DNA of 64,000 nucleotides, taken from NCBI RefSeq assembly GCF_003334815.1, contig NZ_QOWO01000020.1, one strand, 5' to 3'. Positions 1 through 9,528 of the stretch are shown piece by piece (position 1 is the stretch's first letter; every line of letters begins with the position of its first letter). The stretch comes from Escherichia coli. Lineage in GTDB: Bacteria; Pseudomonadota; Gammaproteobacteria; Enterobacterales; Enterobacteriaceae. A model generated the notes under the pieces. That model was not told the origin of the DNA, made no database searches, and was given only the letters and a program-made list of their open reading frames with translations. The position numbers and the translations under genes are program-made.

Positions 1-98
1 CGCGAGGCATCGTCTTAACGAGGCACCGAGGCGTCGCATTCTTCAGATGGTTCAACCCTTAAGTTAGCGCTTATGGGGTTTACCCACGCCTTTCCGTT

Positions 99-323
99 AT
101 GCATGGGGCGGTCAAATATCTCGGCTACGCTGATGAACACAGTGCAGAGCCTGATCAGGTGATCCTTATCGAAGCGGGGCAGTTTGCGGTGTTCCCTCCA
201 GAAAAGTGGCACAACATTGAAGCCATGACTGACGATACTTATTTCAACATTGACTTCTTCGTGGCTCCTGAAGTCCTGATGGAAGGTGCGCAACAACGGA
301 AAGTCATTCATAACGGGAAATGA
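99..323 (+). CDS. yeaR: DUF1971 (TehB N-terminal-like) protein YeaR, 74-codon C-terminal portion only; in-frame TAA at 60-62 blocks upstream extension
   Basis: ORF track 99..323 (MHGAVKYLGYADEH...); frame traced upstream hits TAA at 60-62; remembered YeaR is about 119 aa. Confidence 0.55.
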   Translation: MHGAVKYLGYADEHSAEPDQVILIEAGQFAVFPPEKWHNIEAMTDDTYFNIDFFVAPEVLMEGAQQRKVIHNGK

Positions 324-326
324 ATC

Positions 327-509
327 ATGGGCAAAGCAACGTATACCGTGACCGTCACCAATAACAGCAATGGCGTTTCTGTCGATTATGAAACAGAGAC
401 GCCGATGACTTTGCTGGTGCCAGAAGTGGCGGCTGAAGTGATAAAAGATCTGGTGAATACCGTACGTTCTTATGACACGGAAAACGAACATGATGTTTGT
501 GGTTGGTAA
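327..509 (+). CDS. yoaG: small protein YoaG (DUF1869), 60 aa
   Basis: ORF track 327..509; starts 4 nt after yeaR stop, consistent with a yeaR-yoaG operon. Confidence 0.8.
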   Translation: MGKATYTVTVTNNSNGVSVDYETETPMTLLVPEVAAEVIKDLVNTVRSYDTENEHDVCGW

Positions 510-657
510 TTATCACTGATCGTTGATGGCGCAATTTCTGCGCCATCGCAAAAAAAAACCTCCGTGATGCTCGTCACAAATCTTGCCCTCCCGATGTTGT
601 GCTATGCTTTTTATCAGCGACTAACCCGCTAATGCAAAACAGATAAGTGAGGAAACA

Positions 658-906
658 ATGGGCATTCTGTCATGGATTATTTTTGGGCTTATTGCCGGTA
701 TTCTGGCGAAGTGGATCATGCCAGGTAAAGATGGAGGTGGATTCTTTATGACTATCCTGCTGGGGATAGTCGGTGCCGTAGTCGGCGGATGGATCAGCAC
801 GCTGTTTGGCTTTGGTAAAGTCGATGGCTTCAATTTTGGCAGCTTCGTGGTTGCCGTTATTGGTGCGATTGTCGTGCTATTTATCTACAGGAAGATTAAA
901 AGTTAA
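658..906 (+). CDS. yeaQ: GlsB/YeaQ/YmgE family small membrane protein
   Basis: ORF track 82 aa, glycine-rich hydrophobic segments. Confidence 0.85.
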   Translation: MGILSWIIFGLIAGILAKWIMPGKDGGGFFMTILLGIVGAVVGGWISTLFGFGKVDGFNFGSFVVAVIGAIVVLFIYRKIKS

Positions 907-919
907 CGCTTAAATTGCA

Positions 920-955
920 CAAAGGCTGCACACAGGCAGCCTTTGCTATTTTTTA
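920..955 (+). terminator. intrinsic terminator downstream of yeaQ
   Basis: stem caaaggctgc/gcagcctttg followed by ctatttttt. Confidence 0.6.
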
Positions 956-964
956 GAGGTGACG

Positions 965-1039
965 TTACCACCATCCCAGCTCAGTGCCGAGTACGACAAT
1001 AATCGCCACACCCATCATAATAATCGTTGTTTTTTTCAT
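965..1039 (-). CDS. yoaJ: small membrane protein YoaJ, 24 aa (MKKTTIIMMGVAIIVVLGTELGWW)
   Basis: manual translation of minus strand; below the ORF-track size cutoff; matches remembered K-12 small protein. Confidence 0.6.
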   Translation of the reverse strand: MKKTTIIMMGVAIIVVLGTELGWW

Positions 1040-1041
1040 CT

Positions 1042-1140
1042 TTATGCTCCCGGGGCAGCATAGCCGCCAATAAAAAACCATGCTAAAAATACGACCGCTG
1101 TAATGAAGATTACAACCGGAAAAATAATACCGATTCGCAT
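1042..1140 (-). CDS. yoaK: small membrane protein YoaK, 32 aa (MRIGIIFPVVIFITAVVFLAWFFIGGYAAPGA)
   Basis: manual translation of minus strand; lies between yeaP stop and yoaJ. Confidence 0.6.
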   Translation of the reverse strand: MRIGIIFPVVIFITAVVFLAWFFIGGYAAPGA

Positions 1141-1172
1141 GTTATCACCAATCAAAAGGATGTGAATACGCC

Positions 1173-2198
1173 TCAGGAATGTAGCGCTGGATGCGCGACA
1201 AAAGGTGTTTTCTGTTTGTGTTTTTTCTCCTGATACATCGCAATATCGGCAGCATGCAGGGCACTGTCTGCATCGGTTGTTTCAGGATCGACTTCTACTA
1301 TGCCAAGACTGGCACCGGGATAATACAAATCAACATCACCTAAGTGATATTCTCCACGTATTTGCTGCTGAATGCGTTCTCGCAGCGACGAAATATCCGC
1401 ATTCTCGTTGTTTAGTGAAACAACTAAAAACTCATCACCGCCGAGACGACCAATAACTTCGCCATTTTGCTGGAGCGTATTAAGGCGCTCGCCAACCTGA
1501 ATGAGAAACAGATCGCCACTATTATGACCAAAACGATCATTGATTAATTTGAAGTTATCCAGATCGATAAACGCGATCATTATCTTATGGTTAAGATGCC
1601 GGGCGAGGGAAAACAGTGTCGTCAGATTTTCAAAAATCGCCCGCCGATTCGGTAGCCCGGTTAACGAGTCGGTATACGATTGCGCAATCAGCGCAGCATT
1701 GGCTTCGCGCAGCTGTTCAACCAGTGCCTCTTTTTGAATATATTGTGCAATCAGTCCGGCGAATAACTGTAAAACCTGTTCCGCGCGTTCACTCCACTGG
1801 CGCTTCTCACTGCTGGCGGCGCAAAGCGTGCCATAGAATGATCCATCCGGTAAGTGAATTGGCGTGCTCAGAAATGTGGTGATGCCAAGATTGCGTGCCG
1901 CAATACAGTCACCCCAACGGTCGGGGACTTCATCGCTGAAAAAGCAGTTTTCATCAATGGCGCGTTTGCATAACGAGTAATCCCACGAGACGGTAAAATT
2001 CTCCGGGATGTACATTTTCTGGCTGTTACGGGCAAACATAATATGCTGCAGGCGCGCTTCGACATCCACTTTGGTCAGGTAGGTTGATTCCATATCAGTG
2101 ACCATTTCCAGCATCTCCAGAAGCTGTCGGACCAGACTTTCCAGTGACTGTTCTTTGGCAAGGGATTGCGAGACGCGGGCGATAATCTGATCTGACAC
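1173..2198 (-). CDS. yeaP: diguanylate cyclase, GAF-GGDEF (DgcP), 341 aa with GTG start
   Basis: ORF 1173..2327 contains RLGGDEF; start trimmed to GTG at 2196-2198 to match remembered 341 aa protein (MSDQIIARV...). Confidence 0.85.
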   Translation of the reverse strand: MSDQIIARVSQSLAKEQSLESLVRQLLEMLEMVTDMESTYLTKVDVEARLQHIMFARNSQKMYIPENFTVSWDYSLCKRAIDENCFFSDEVPDRWGDCIAARNLGITTFLSTPIHLPDGSFYGTLCAASSEKRQWSERAEQVLQLFAGLIAQYIQKEALVEQLREANAALIAQSYTDSLTGLPNRRAIFENLTTLFSLARHLNHKIMIAFIDLDNFKLINDRFGHNSGDLFLIQVGERLNTLQQNGEVIGRLGGDEFLVVSLNNENADISSLRERIQQQIRGEYHLGDVDLYYPGASLGIVEVDPETTDADSALHAADIAMYQEKKHKQKTPFVAHPALHS

Positions 2199-2380
2199 GG
2201 AACAACTCCAGGATACGGCGGGTAAATGCTGATTATTTAATCTTTGCAGGCATGATAAAACATCATCAACAAAGATGAAACAAGACGTAATATGTTTTGA
2301 GTGAATGTAATAAAAATAGTGCTGCAAAACAAAACGATACCGCGATACTCTAATCTTGGATAAATATGTGAGATCAATAA

Positions 2381-2635
2381 ATGAAAATTATCAGTTTTGT
2401 TCTGCCTTGCTTGCTGGTCCTGGCTGGTTGTTCAACCCCTTCTCAGCCAGAAGCACCTAAACCGCCGCAGATTGGTATGGCAAATCCGGCGTCGGTCTAT
2501 TGCCAGCAGAAGGGCGGGACGCTCATTCCAGTGCAGACAGCGCAAGGGGTCAGCAACAATTGCAAATTACCGGGCGGTGAAACGATTGATGAATGGGCAT
2601 TGTGGCGGCGTGACCATCCGGCTGGTGAAAAATAA
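2381..2635 (+). CDS. yoaF: DUF333 lipoprotein YoaF
   Basis: ORF track 84 aa; signal peptide with lipobox LAGC. Confidence 0.8.
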   Translation: MKIISFVLPCLLVLAGCSTPSQPEAPKPPQIGMANPASVYCQQKGGTLIPVQTAQGVSNNCKLPGGETIDEWALWRRDHPAGEK

Positions 2636-2656
2636 CCGCCGGATGCTGTACTAAAA

Positions 2657-3004
2657 TCACAAGCTACGTAGCCAGTCGGCCAGCACCAGCGCATGGTTCT
2701 GCGTGGTGTTTTTTGCTGAGTAGAGCAGGGTCAGCGGCTGTTTTTTGGCGATGTCCGCCAGCCGCTTTCCTTCTTGCTCGTGTTGCGCCAGTTCTGCAAG
2801 ATATTGCTCGCGAAAGGTTGCATAATCGACGACTTCGCCGTGAAAGGCTTTGCGCAGTTCCGTTGACGGCGTGATTTCTTTATCCCACTCATCAAGGGCT
2901 AAATCGGTTTTTTTGATACCGCGCGGCCAGAGGCGGTCGACCAGTATGCGATAACCATCGCTCTGTTCAGCCGGATCATAAACGCGTTTGCACTGAATAT
3001 TCAT
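2657..3004 (-). CDS. yeaO: DUF488 protein YeaO, 115 aa
   Basis: ORF 2657..3025; start set at internal Met (MNIQCKRVYD...). Confidence 0.8.
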   Translation of the reverse strand: MNIQCKRVYDPAEQSDGYRILVDRLWPRGIKKTDLALDEWDKEITPSTELRKAFHGEVVDYATFREQYLAELAQHEQEGKRLADIAKKQPLTLLYSAKNTTQNHALVLADWLRSL

Positions 3005-3058
3005 CGTGTTTGTTCTCCCTTTCACGCATGATTTGTTACGTCACTATAGCACCGGATA

Positions 3059-4240
3059 TTAGCGAATTTCTTTGTCTCTCCCGGCGCAAAGTCCGAAAAT
3101 CGCCATCAGTAGTGAAAGTATGGCAACACCCATAAGTGGTACAGACCAGTTACCGTTAGCATCGTGTATTTTACCCATCAGCGGCGGCCCACAGGCTGCC
3201 AACAAATACCCGACGGATTGTGCCATCCCCGAGAGTGCCGCCGCCTGATGCGCAGAACTAGCCCGCAGACCAATGAACGTCAACCCCAGTATCATTGTTG
3301 CGCCGGAACCAAAACCGAAAAGCAGAGTCCAGGTGATCGCGTGCGCTGGCATAAAGCAGAGCCCAACCGCGCCCACTGCGCACATCAAGGCAACGAACGC
3401 TGCAATACCACGCTGATCTTTCACATGATGTAAGAAAAGTGGGATCAGCAAACCGGGTGCTGCTGTGGCTAGTTGCAGCAAACCATGCAGTGAACCCGCC
3501 TGTGCTTCGCTATAGCCGTGACTGATGAGGATCGCCGGAAGCCAGCCAATAATCACGTAATAGACCAGTGAGTTGATCCCAAGAAACAATGTGACCTGCC
3601 AGGCAAGCGGCGAACGCCAGATACCCCGAGTATGTAAGGCGCGCGAGGTACTCAAATTTGCATGTTGTTGACTTCGCCACTGTGGCAGCCATAAAAAAAG
3701 AGCCAGCAGAGGAAAACACATCAGCATGAGCAACGCGCCTTGCCAGCCAAAACCGTTCAAAGCCAGCGGCACGACCATAGCCGATCCCAGTGCCGCTGCA
3801 GCTCCCATTGTCAGGGAATATGCGCCGGTAAGTCTGGCGACGGAATGAGGGAAATCGCGTTTAATTAATCCTGGCAGTAAGACATTGCCTAATGCAATCC
3901 CACCGCCAATGACCGCTGTACCGCCAAATAATAAGTAAGGCGAAGGGAGAGAGCGAATTGCGATACCAGCACAGATCAAAAGTAACGCGGCAAACAGGCT
4001 ACGTTCCATACCAAAACGTCGCGCTACCGGGGCAGCCAAAGGTGAGATTAGCGCAAAGGCCAATAATGGCAGGGTGGTCAATAAGCCGGTTTGCGCTGTC
4101 GTCAGCGAGTAAGCGGAACGAATCGTATCCAGTAACGGTGCTGCGCCGGTAAAGGTGACGCGTAATGTTGTGGCAATCATCAGAATGCCAGCGATAAGGA
4201 CAATCCTGTTTTTGCCGCTTAATGAAGTTGAACAGGTCAT
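3059..4240 (-). CDS. yeaN: MFS transporter (2-nitroimidazole exporter NimT)
   Basis: ORF track 393 aa, multiple hydrophobic spans. Confidence 0.85.
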   Translation of the reverse strand: MTCSTSLSGKNRIVLIAGILMIATTLRVTFTGAAPLLDTIRSAYSLTTAQTGLLTTLPLLAFALISPLAAPVARRFGMERSLFAALLLICAGIAIRSLPSPYLLFGGTAVIGGGIALGNVLLPGLIKRDFPHSVARLTGAYSLTMGAAAALGSAMVVPLALNGFGWQGALLMLMCFPLLALFLWLPQWRSQQHANLSTSRALHTRGIWRSPLAWQVTLFLGINSLVYYVIIGWLPAILISHGYSEAQAGSLHGLLQLATAAPGLLIPLFLHHVKDQRGIAAFVALMCAVGAVGLCFMPAHAITWTLLFGFGSGATMILGLTFIGLRASSAHQAAALSGMAQSVGYLLAACGPPLMGKIHDANGNWSVPLMGVAILSLLMAIFGLCAGRDKEIR

Positions 4241-4336
4241 ATGCTTCTCATTGTTACAAACGAGGCTGTACCTTACCGTTTTTATTGTTATGTTGAATCA
4301 AGCTAAAATGACAAATTATCGCTAAGTTCGGACAAA

Positions 4337-5158
4337 ATGATGCACAGGTTGAATCTCAATGGCTATGAACCCGACCGACACCATGAAGCCGCGGTCGCAT
4401 TTTGTATTCACGCCGGAACGGATGAGTTAACCAGTCCTGTACATCAGCACCGCAAAGGACAGCTGATACTGGCGCTACATGGTGCAATTACCTGTACGGT
4501 GGAAAATGCTTTGTGGATGGTGCCGCCACAATATGCGGTTTGGATACCGGGCGGGGTGGAACATAGCAATCAAGTAACAGCTAATGCTGAACTCTGTTTT
4601 CTGTTTATCGAACCCAGCGCAGTGACAATGCCGACAACATGTTGCACATTGAAAATATCGCCCTTATGCCGGGAATTAATTTTAACCCTGGCAAACAGGA
4701 CGACGACTCAGCGTGCTGAGCCAATGACCCGCAGATTAATTCAGGTCCTGTTTGATGAACTCCCTCAGCAGCCACAACAACAGCTGCACCTGCCCGTTTC
4801 TTCTCATCCTAAAATCCGCACGATGGTGGAGATGATGGCGAAAGGGCCTGTCGAGTGGGGGGCATTGGGGCAATGGGCTGGCTTTTTTGCGATGAGTGAA
4901 CGCAATCTTGCCCGACTGATAGTAAAAGAGACGGGGTTGAGTTTTCGCCAGTGGCGTCAGCAGTTACAGCTGATTATGGCGCTTCAGGGATTAGTGAAAG
5001 GCGATACTGTACAGAAAGTTGCTCATACGCTGGGGTATGATTCAACAACGGCCTTTATTACTATGTTTAAGAAAGGCCTGGGGCAAACGCCAGGCCGATA
5101 TATTGCGAGATTAACTACTGTTTCCCCACAATCAGCGAAACCAGACCCGCGGCAATAA
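4337..5158 (+). CDS. yeaM: AraC-family transcriptional regulator NimR
   Basis: ORF track 273 aa, divergent from yeaN; C-terminal AraC-type HTH region. Confidence 0.85.
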
Positions 5159-5561
5159 GCGGCCCAACCGGTACGCCGCGAAACAGCGCTACGCCTAAAA
5201 CAGTGCCTACCAGCAGCCCGGCGACCAGTTGCGGCTGGCTGCCCATTAACGTCACGCCGCGCCCACCCAGCCAGGAGACAATCACGCCTACTGCAATCGC
5301 CACCAGTGATTTCCAGTTCAGAAACGAGTGAATCAAGGTTGAGGGCGGTAGCGTCCCGCTGGCGATGGGGGCCATAACGCCAATCGTCAGAATGATTATC
5401 CCGATACTTAGCCCCTGTTTTTCAATCCACGGAAAAAAGGTGCTTAACGGTGTGACGCGGACAATGATTAACACCAGAATTGAAACGGCGACAGTGGTGT
5501 TATGACTGATAAAGCCCAGCGCAGCTAACCCGAGCAGGATCAGCAAAGTGACATCAAACAT
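5115..5561 (-). CDS. yeaL: DUF441 inner membrane protein YeaL
   Basis: ORF track 148 aa, highly hydrophobic; 3' end overlaps yeaM convergently by 44 nt. Confidence 0.8.
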
Positions 5562-5730
5562 CGTGGTTTCCTTGCCAAAAAATAATAAGCCTGCTTACTT
5601 TACGCTTGCTGCAGGAAGGAAGTAGAAAATCTTTACGTTTTTTGCATAAAAAATCAGGCGAACTGTCATCAAACTGCCATTTGTGCACGCTAACAATAAC
5701 GTGAAAACAGCTATCTCCCGGGGGCATGCT

Positions 5731-5835
5731 ATGAACGATCAAATGTTTGTCGAGACACTGATTATCACGTCATCGTTTTTTGCCATTGCTGTTGTACTGG
5801 TTTTGTCCGTTCTTCTTATCGAACGGACCGGCTAG
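5731..5835 (+). CDS. yoaI: small membrane protein YoaI, 34 aa ([34 protein letters not shown])
   Basis: manual translation; below ORF-track cutoff. Confidence 0.6.
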   Translation: MNDQMFVETLIITSSFFAIAVVLVLSVLLIERTG

Positions 5836-6339
5836 TTACGCAGTGCGGCGGAAATTGACCAGTTCTGGTTGCGCAATGCGCAAATAATCCGCGGTTTTCA
5901 AAATAACGGATTTATCCAGCATGCCTGCATTGAAGGCGATTTCATCAAATCGTTCGAAGAGTAGAGGGTCGGCAACCAGTTTGAGTTTTGGATGGAAGCT
6001 GAAAGGGGGGATCGCGCCGAAGACACAGCCTGTGAGTTCATCGACTTCCGCCGGGCTGGCCAACGAAGCGCGTAATCCGCCTATATGGCTGGCGAGTTGG
6101 CTCAGATCGGCCTGTTGATCGGCTGCGAGGATCGCCAGAACATGTTGATTTACGCCATTGCCTTTGACTTTACATACCAGTGCCTTAGCACCCTGGCCTA
6201 GAGCGGTGCCACGAATTTCTGACACCGCTTCACATTTACCTACCGCTTCATGGGTAACGACGCGGAAGTCAGCACCTTCTTGTGATAATAAAGCGATTAA
6301 CCGCTGATGCGTCACGCTTCCTTTAGCCATTTCAGTCAT
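5836..6339 (-). CDS. yeaK: YbaK/ProX-type aminoacyl-tRNA deacylase YeaK
   Basis: ORF track 167 aa. Confidence 0.85.
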   Translation of the reverse strand: MTEMAKGSVTHQRLIALLSQEGADFRVVTHEAVGKCEAVSEIRGTALGQGAKALVCKVKGNGVNQHVLAILAADQQADLSQLASHIGGLRASLASPAEVDELTGCVFGAIPPFSFHPKLKLVADPLLFERFDEIAFNAGMLDKSVILKTADYLRIAQPELVNFRRTA

Positions 6340-6381
6340 TTCACGCTCCTGAGATTACAAGCAAACAACCACAGAAGGTTA

Positions 6382-7872
6382 TCATGAACGGCTGTTTTTG
6401 TTCTGCTTATTGACATATAAACGCTCATCGGAAGCTTTATACGCATCATGTAACGTATCGTTTTCTTTCATCGCGTAAATACCGGAAGAGAAGCCGATCT
6501 CTTTCTGCGGCGCGATATGTTGCAGACGTTTTTCGATACGTTCAGGCAGTTGTGCTGCAATTTGCGGCGTCGAATCGACAAGAATGATGCAGAATTCATC
6601 GCCACCGAGTCGGATGGCATAATCACTTTTACGAATCGACTGTTTAATCGCCTGAGCTAATAACGTAATCGCTAAATCCCCCTCCTGATGACCGAGGGTG
6701 TCATTTATTTGCTTTAACTTGTCCATGTCAATAGCAATAAACATCACCGAAGAACCGGATTGCACCAGTTTCTGCAACCGCTGCTCCAGTTCAGGGGTTA
6801 AAATTTTGCGATTATACAGTCCAGTCATCGCATCACTAATATTTTCTCGCGACACATTTTGGTATAAACGGAAGTGCATCCGCACCATATTCAGCAAAAT
6901 TAACGCCGTCAAAATCCAGAACAGAACGCTTTTCCACGAAGACGTGATAAAGTAAAGAATATCAATGGATAACGAGACACGAATGCCGCCCGGTAAGTCA
7001 TGGACGTAACTGACATACTGGAACAGATTATCTTCGCTCTGGTTGATGATAATGTCGCGCCCCGAATCGGTATCGGTTAGCGTGACATTGAGAAAACGCC
7101 AGAGGAGAGGGCGGTCATGAGTATAAAAGATATTCCGCAGATTGTTTTTGTTAATATCCAGCAGCACAATCCCTTTTAGCTGCCCTGCGACATATACCGG
7201 CGTCAGCAAACTCATCACGTTCTGTTTAGTACGCTGATCCTGGTAAATGCTCGACAATACGGTACGCCCGGTAAATACCTTTTCAATATCTTTGCGATCG
7301 ATGCCAATACTTCCTGACTGCAGGAAGGACCAGTTATTCATCGCAAAGTATTCAACATTAACCGGCTCATAAAAATAGACATAGCGGTCATTGAGATCGA
7401 GATAATAGTGAAATTTCTCTTCGGCCATCCCAAGACCTGAACCGTAATCATCCTGGTGGCGGTTGCCTTCCACTGCCTGATCAAAAGCGGGTAATAGTGC
7501 TGCAGCTTCCACAATTGTGTCGCAGTCAGTGGATGCGGTTTGTAGTGTGCCGCGTAAGCCCGGGTATTTATGGGCAGTCAGGTTTAAGCCATGGGTGTTA
7601 TTGGCAGACTCAAAAGCCTCGCAGATGGCGCGCCGCTGTTCTGGCGACACTTCCGACTGCTCAGCAGCGAGAGCGCGCATCACATGCGCGGCAATACTCT
7701 GATTCTGATACTTATCATAAAGAAAGGAGGAGTCTGCTTTCTGCACGATATAGCGCAGATAGGCACTCATTGCTCTGTCGCTGGCGACAAGTTCAAAAAT
7801 AAGGAAGGAAGATGTCAGCACAATGACACTTGCGGCGATAAAATGCCGGAGCATTCTATGGTGCAATTTCAT
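6382..7872 (-). CDS. yeaJ: membrane diguanylate cyclase DgcJ, intact GGDEF, 496 aa
   Basis: ORF 6382..8052 contains RLGGDEF; start set at internal Met (MKLHHRMLRHF...). Confidence 0.85.
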   Translation of the reverse strand: MKLHHRMLRHFIAASVIVLTSSFLIFELVASDRAMSAYLRYIVQKADSSFLYDKYQNQSIAAHVMRALAAEQSEVSPEQRRAICEAFESANNTHGLNLTAHKYPGLRGTLQTASTDCDTIVEAAALLPAFDQAVEGNRHQDDYGSGLGMAEEKFHYYLDLNDRYVYFYEPVNVEYFAMNNWSFLQSGSIGIDRKDIEKVFTGRTVLSSIYQDQRTKQNVMSLLTPVYVAGQLKGIVLLDINKNNLRNIFYTHDRPLLWRFLNVTLTDTDSGRDIIINQSEDNLFQYVSYVHDLPGGIRVSLSIDILYFITSSWKSVLFWILTALILLNMVRMHFRLYQNVSRENISDAMTGLYNRKILTPELEQRLQKLVQSGSSVMFIAIDMDKLKQINDTLGHQEGDLAITLLAQAIKQSIRKSDYAIRLGGDEFCIILVDSTPQIAAQLPERIEKRLQHIAPQKEIGFSSGIYAMKENDTLHDAYKASDERLYVNKQNKNSRS

Positions 7873-8052
7873 GATAAATGGCACTCCTTCGGTTAGTGAA
7901 ACGAGAAAACCAGATAAAGTTCGATTGCGGCCTGGCACAGGGGCGCTAATTATACTCATCTCTGCGCCGCTGGGGAGGGGAAATTTAGGGGTAATAGTAA
8001 TAAATTGTATGCAAAAGCCACGCAAAAAGCATGGCTCTGAATATTTTTGCAC

Positions 8053-9528
8053 TTAAATATGATGAATAATCACTTTGTTGCCCCCCTCGCTTTTCGCTTC
8101 GCGTAAGGCTTTATCTGCTTCCGTCATGACAAGCGAGATATTACGCGTGTCACCCGTTGAAAAAACCGTGCCAATACTGATGGTCATTTGTTCAGGAACA
8201 TCATATCTGTTACTAAAGCCGGTCAGGAGTTCGACATTTTTACGCATACGTTCCGCAATGATTTTTGCCTGGGCACTATTGAGTTCGGTAAATAGCAAGC
8301 CAAACACCTCACCCTCCAGTCGCGCTAAAATATCATCGGGGCGGATGCTTTGCTGGATAATATCGACAATTGAAACCAGCACTTTATCACCCACACGATG
8401 TCCCCATTGGGCATTGATGCGTTTGAACTGATTAATATCAACCAGCATGACACAGAAGTCCTTAACAACAGGTCGCGACAATAATGACTCTACGCTGTTG
8501 AAAAAGTAGCGCCGATTATAAATATTGGTCAGCACATCATGAACTGCCAGTTTGCTGGAGAGTTGCAGCTCCTGAAAAATGTTATAAATCAGAAAAGACA
8601 CAACAAACAGTTTACTGGAAACTTCAATCCCGCGACTGATATACCAGATAGTATAATTATACTCATCCAGAGTCAGTAGAAGTAAGTTGCAGCATAGCGA
8701 TGCCAGACATAATAATGCTATTAACGGCCATAGTTCGCTGGCTAATCGTGTGCGCATGATAATAAAGAACAGTAAAAATGCCCACAGACAAACCAATATT
8801 TTTGTATAGTTGATTCCCCAGGTCGCAGTATGGTTGTCCGGACAGTAATCGACGACATACAAAGAATAGTCAGCGTTATAACTGCTCAGATTGTGTGCCA
8901 GAAGGGGAAAAACTAAAAAAGGGATCAGCGCCAGCAACAGGATTCCCGTTTTTTTCTTATTGTTGTCAAGGATGTTGTCTTTTCCATAACAAAAGAGCGC
9001 CAGCGAGGTTAAACAAATAAAACTGAGTTGGCGGAAAATATAGAAAATAGAAACATCATTCGACTTTGTCTGGATCAGTGTACTGCCGTTAATTGGTTTA
9101 TGGATAATTACAATGGTTTCAACTAAATAGATAAGGCCACTTAAAAATGCAAGGCTTAAAATGAGTGTTGGTAAAATTTGTTTGTTAGTGAAATATTTCA
9201 TTAACATGAAAAGAAAAATGACGGCGTTAAGGAAAAACAAAGCCACAACAACCATCAGGTAATTCATCTGTGGGATGAGTTTTACATTTGTGTTTTCGTT
9301 ATATAAGGTAGTAATGCAAAATAAAATTAACGTCAGCAATAAACTGAAAATAAAAAAGCTTTGAGCTTTTAATTTTTGTGTACCCATAGAAACCATAAAA
9401 AGGAGAGCAATGTGAGTGCTGGATTTTATTGATGGCAGAGATATATAGTTTTGACCAGGATCAATTTTCGTTAACGATAAAAAATATTTAAAGAATAACC
9501 CCATGGAAATACGTGTTGACTGAATCAT
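8053..9528 (-). CDS. yeaI: membrane GGDEF-domain protein with degenerate active site EGEVF
   Basis: ORF track 491 aa; motif ARLEGEVFGLLF sits where GGDEF is expected. Confidence 0.85.
   Translation of the reverse strand: MIQSTRISMGLFFKYFLSLTKIDPGQNYISLPSIKSSTHIALLFMVSMGTQKLKAQSFFIFSLLLTLILFCITTLYNENTNVKLIPQMNYLMVVVALFFLNAVIFLFMLMKYFTNKQILPTLILSLAFLSGLIYLVETIVIIHKPINGSTLIQTKSNDVSIFYIFRQLSFICLTSLALFCYGKDNILDNNKKKTGILLLALIPFLVFPLLAHNLSSYNADYSLYVVDYCPDNHTATWGINYTKILVCLWAFLLFFIIMRTRLASELWPLIALLCLASLCCNLLLLTLDEYNYTIWYISRGIEVSSKLFVVSFLIYNIFQELQLSSKLAVHDVLTNIYNRRYFFNSVESLLSRPVVKDFCVMLVDINQFKRINAQWGHRVGDKVLVSIVDIIQQSIRPDDILARLEGEVFGLLFTELNSAQAKIIAERMRKNVELLTGFSNRYDVPEQMTISIGTVFSTGDTRNISLVMTEADKALREAKSEGGNKVIIHHI

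Noticed and set aside
15-491. 158-aa minus-strand ORF
   Set aside because: It is antisense to yeaR and yoaG, has no family resemblance, and its codon positions mirror the plus-strand genes; a shadow ORF.
525-547. Hairpin gatggcgc/gcgccatc after yoaG as an intrinsic terminator
   Set aside because: It is followed by an A-run rather than a T-run on the coding strand, and on the opposite strand the T-run precedes the stem; not a canonical terminator in either direction.
2199-2327. N-terminal extensions in the ORF track for yeaP, yeaJ (to 8052), sppA (to 31220), ydjY (to 45959), topB, yeaD, gapA and others
   Set aside because: The longest ORF overshoots the start expected from remembered protein lengths and N-termini; internal ATG or GTG starts chosen instead. 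This rests on memory and was not verified.
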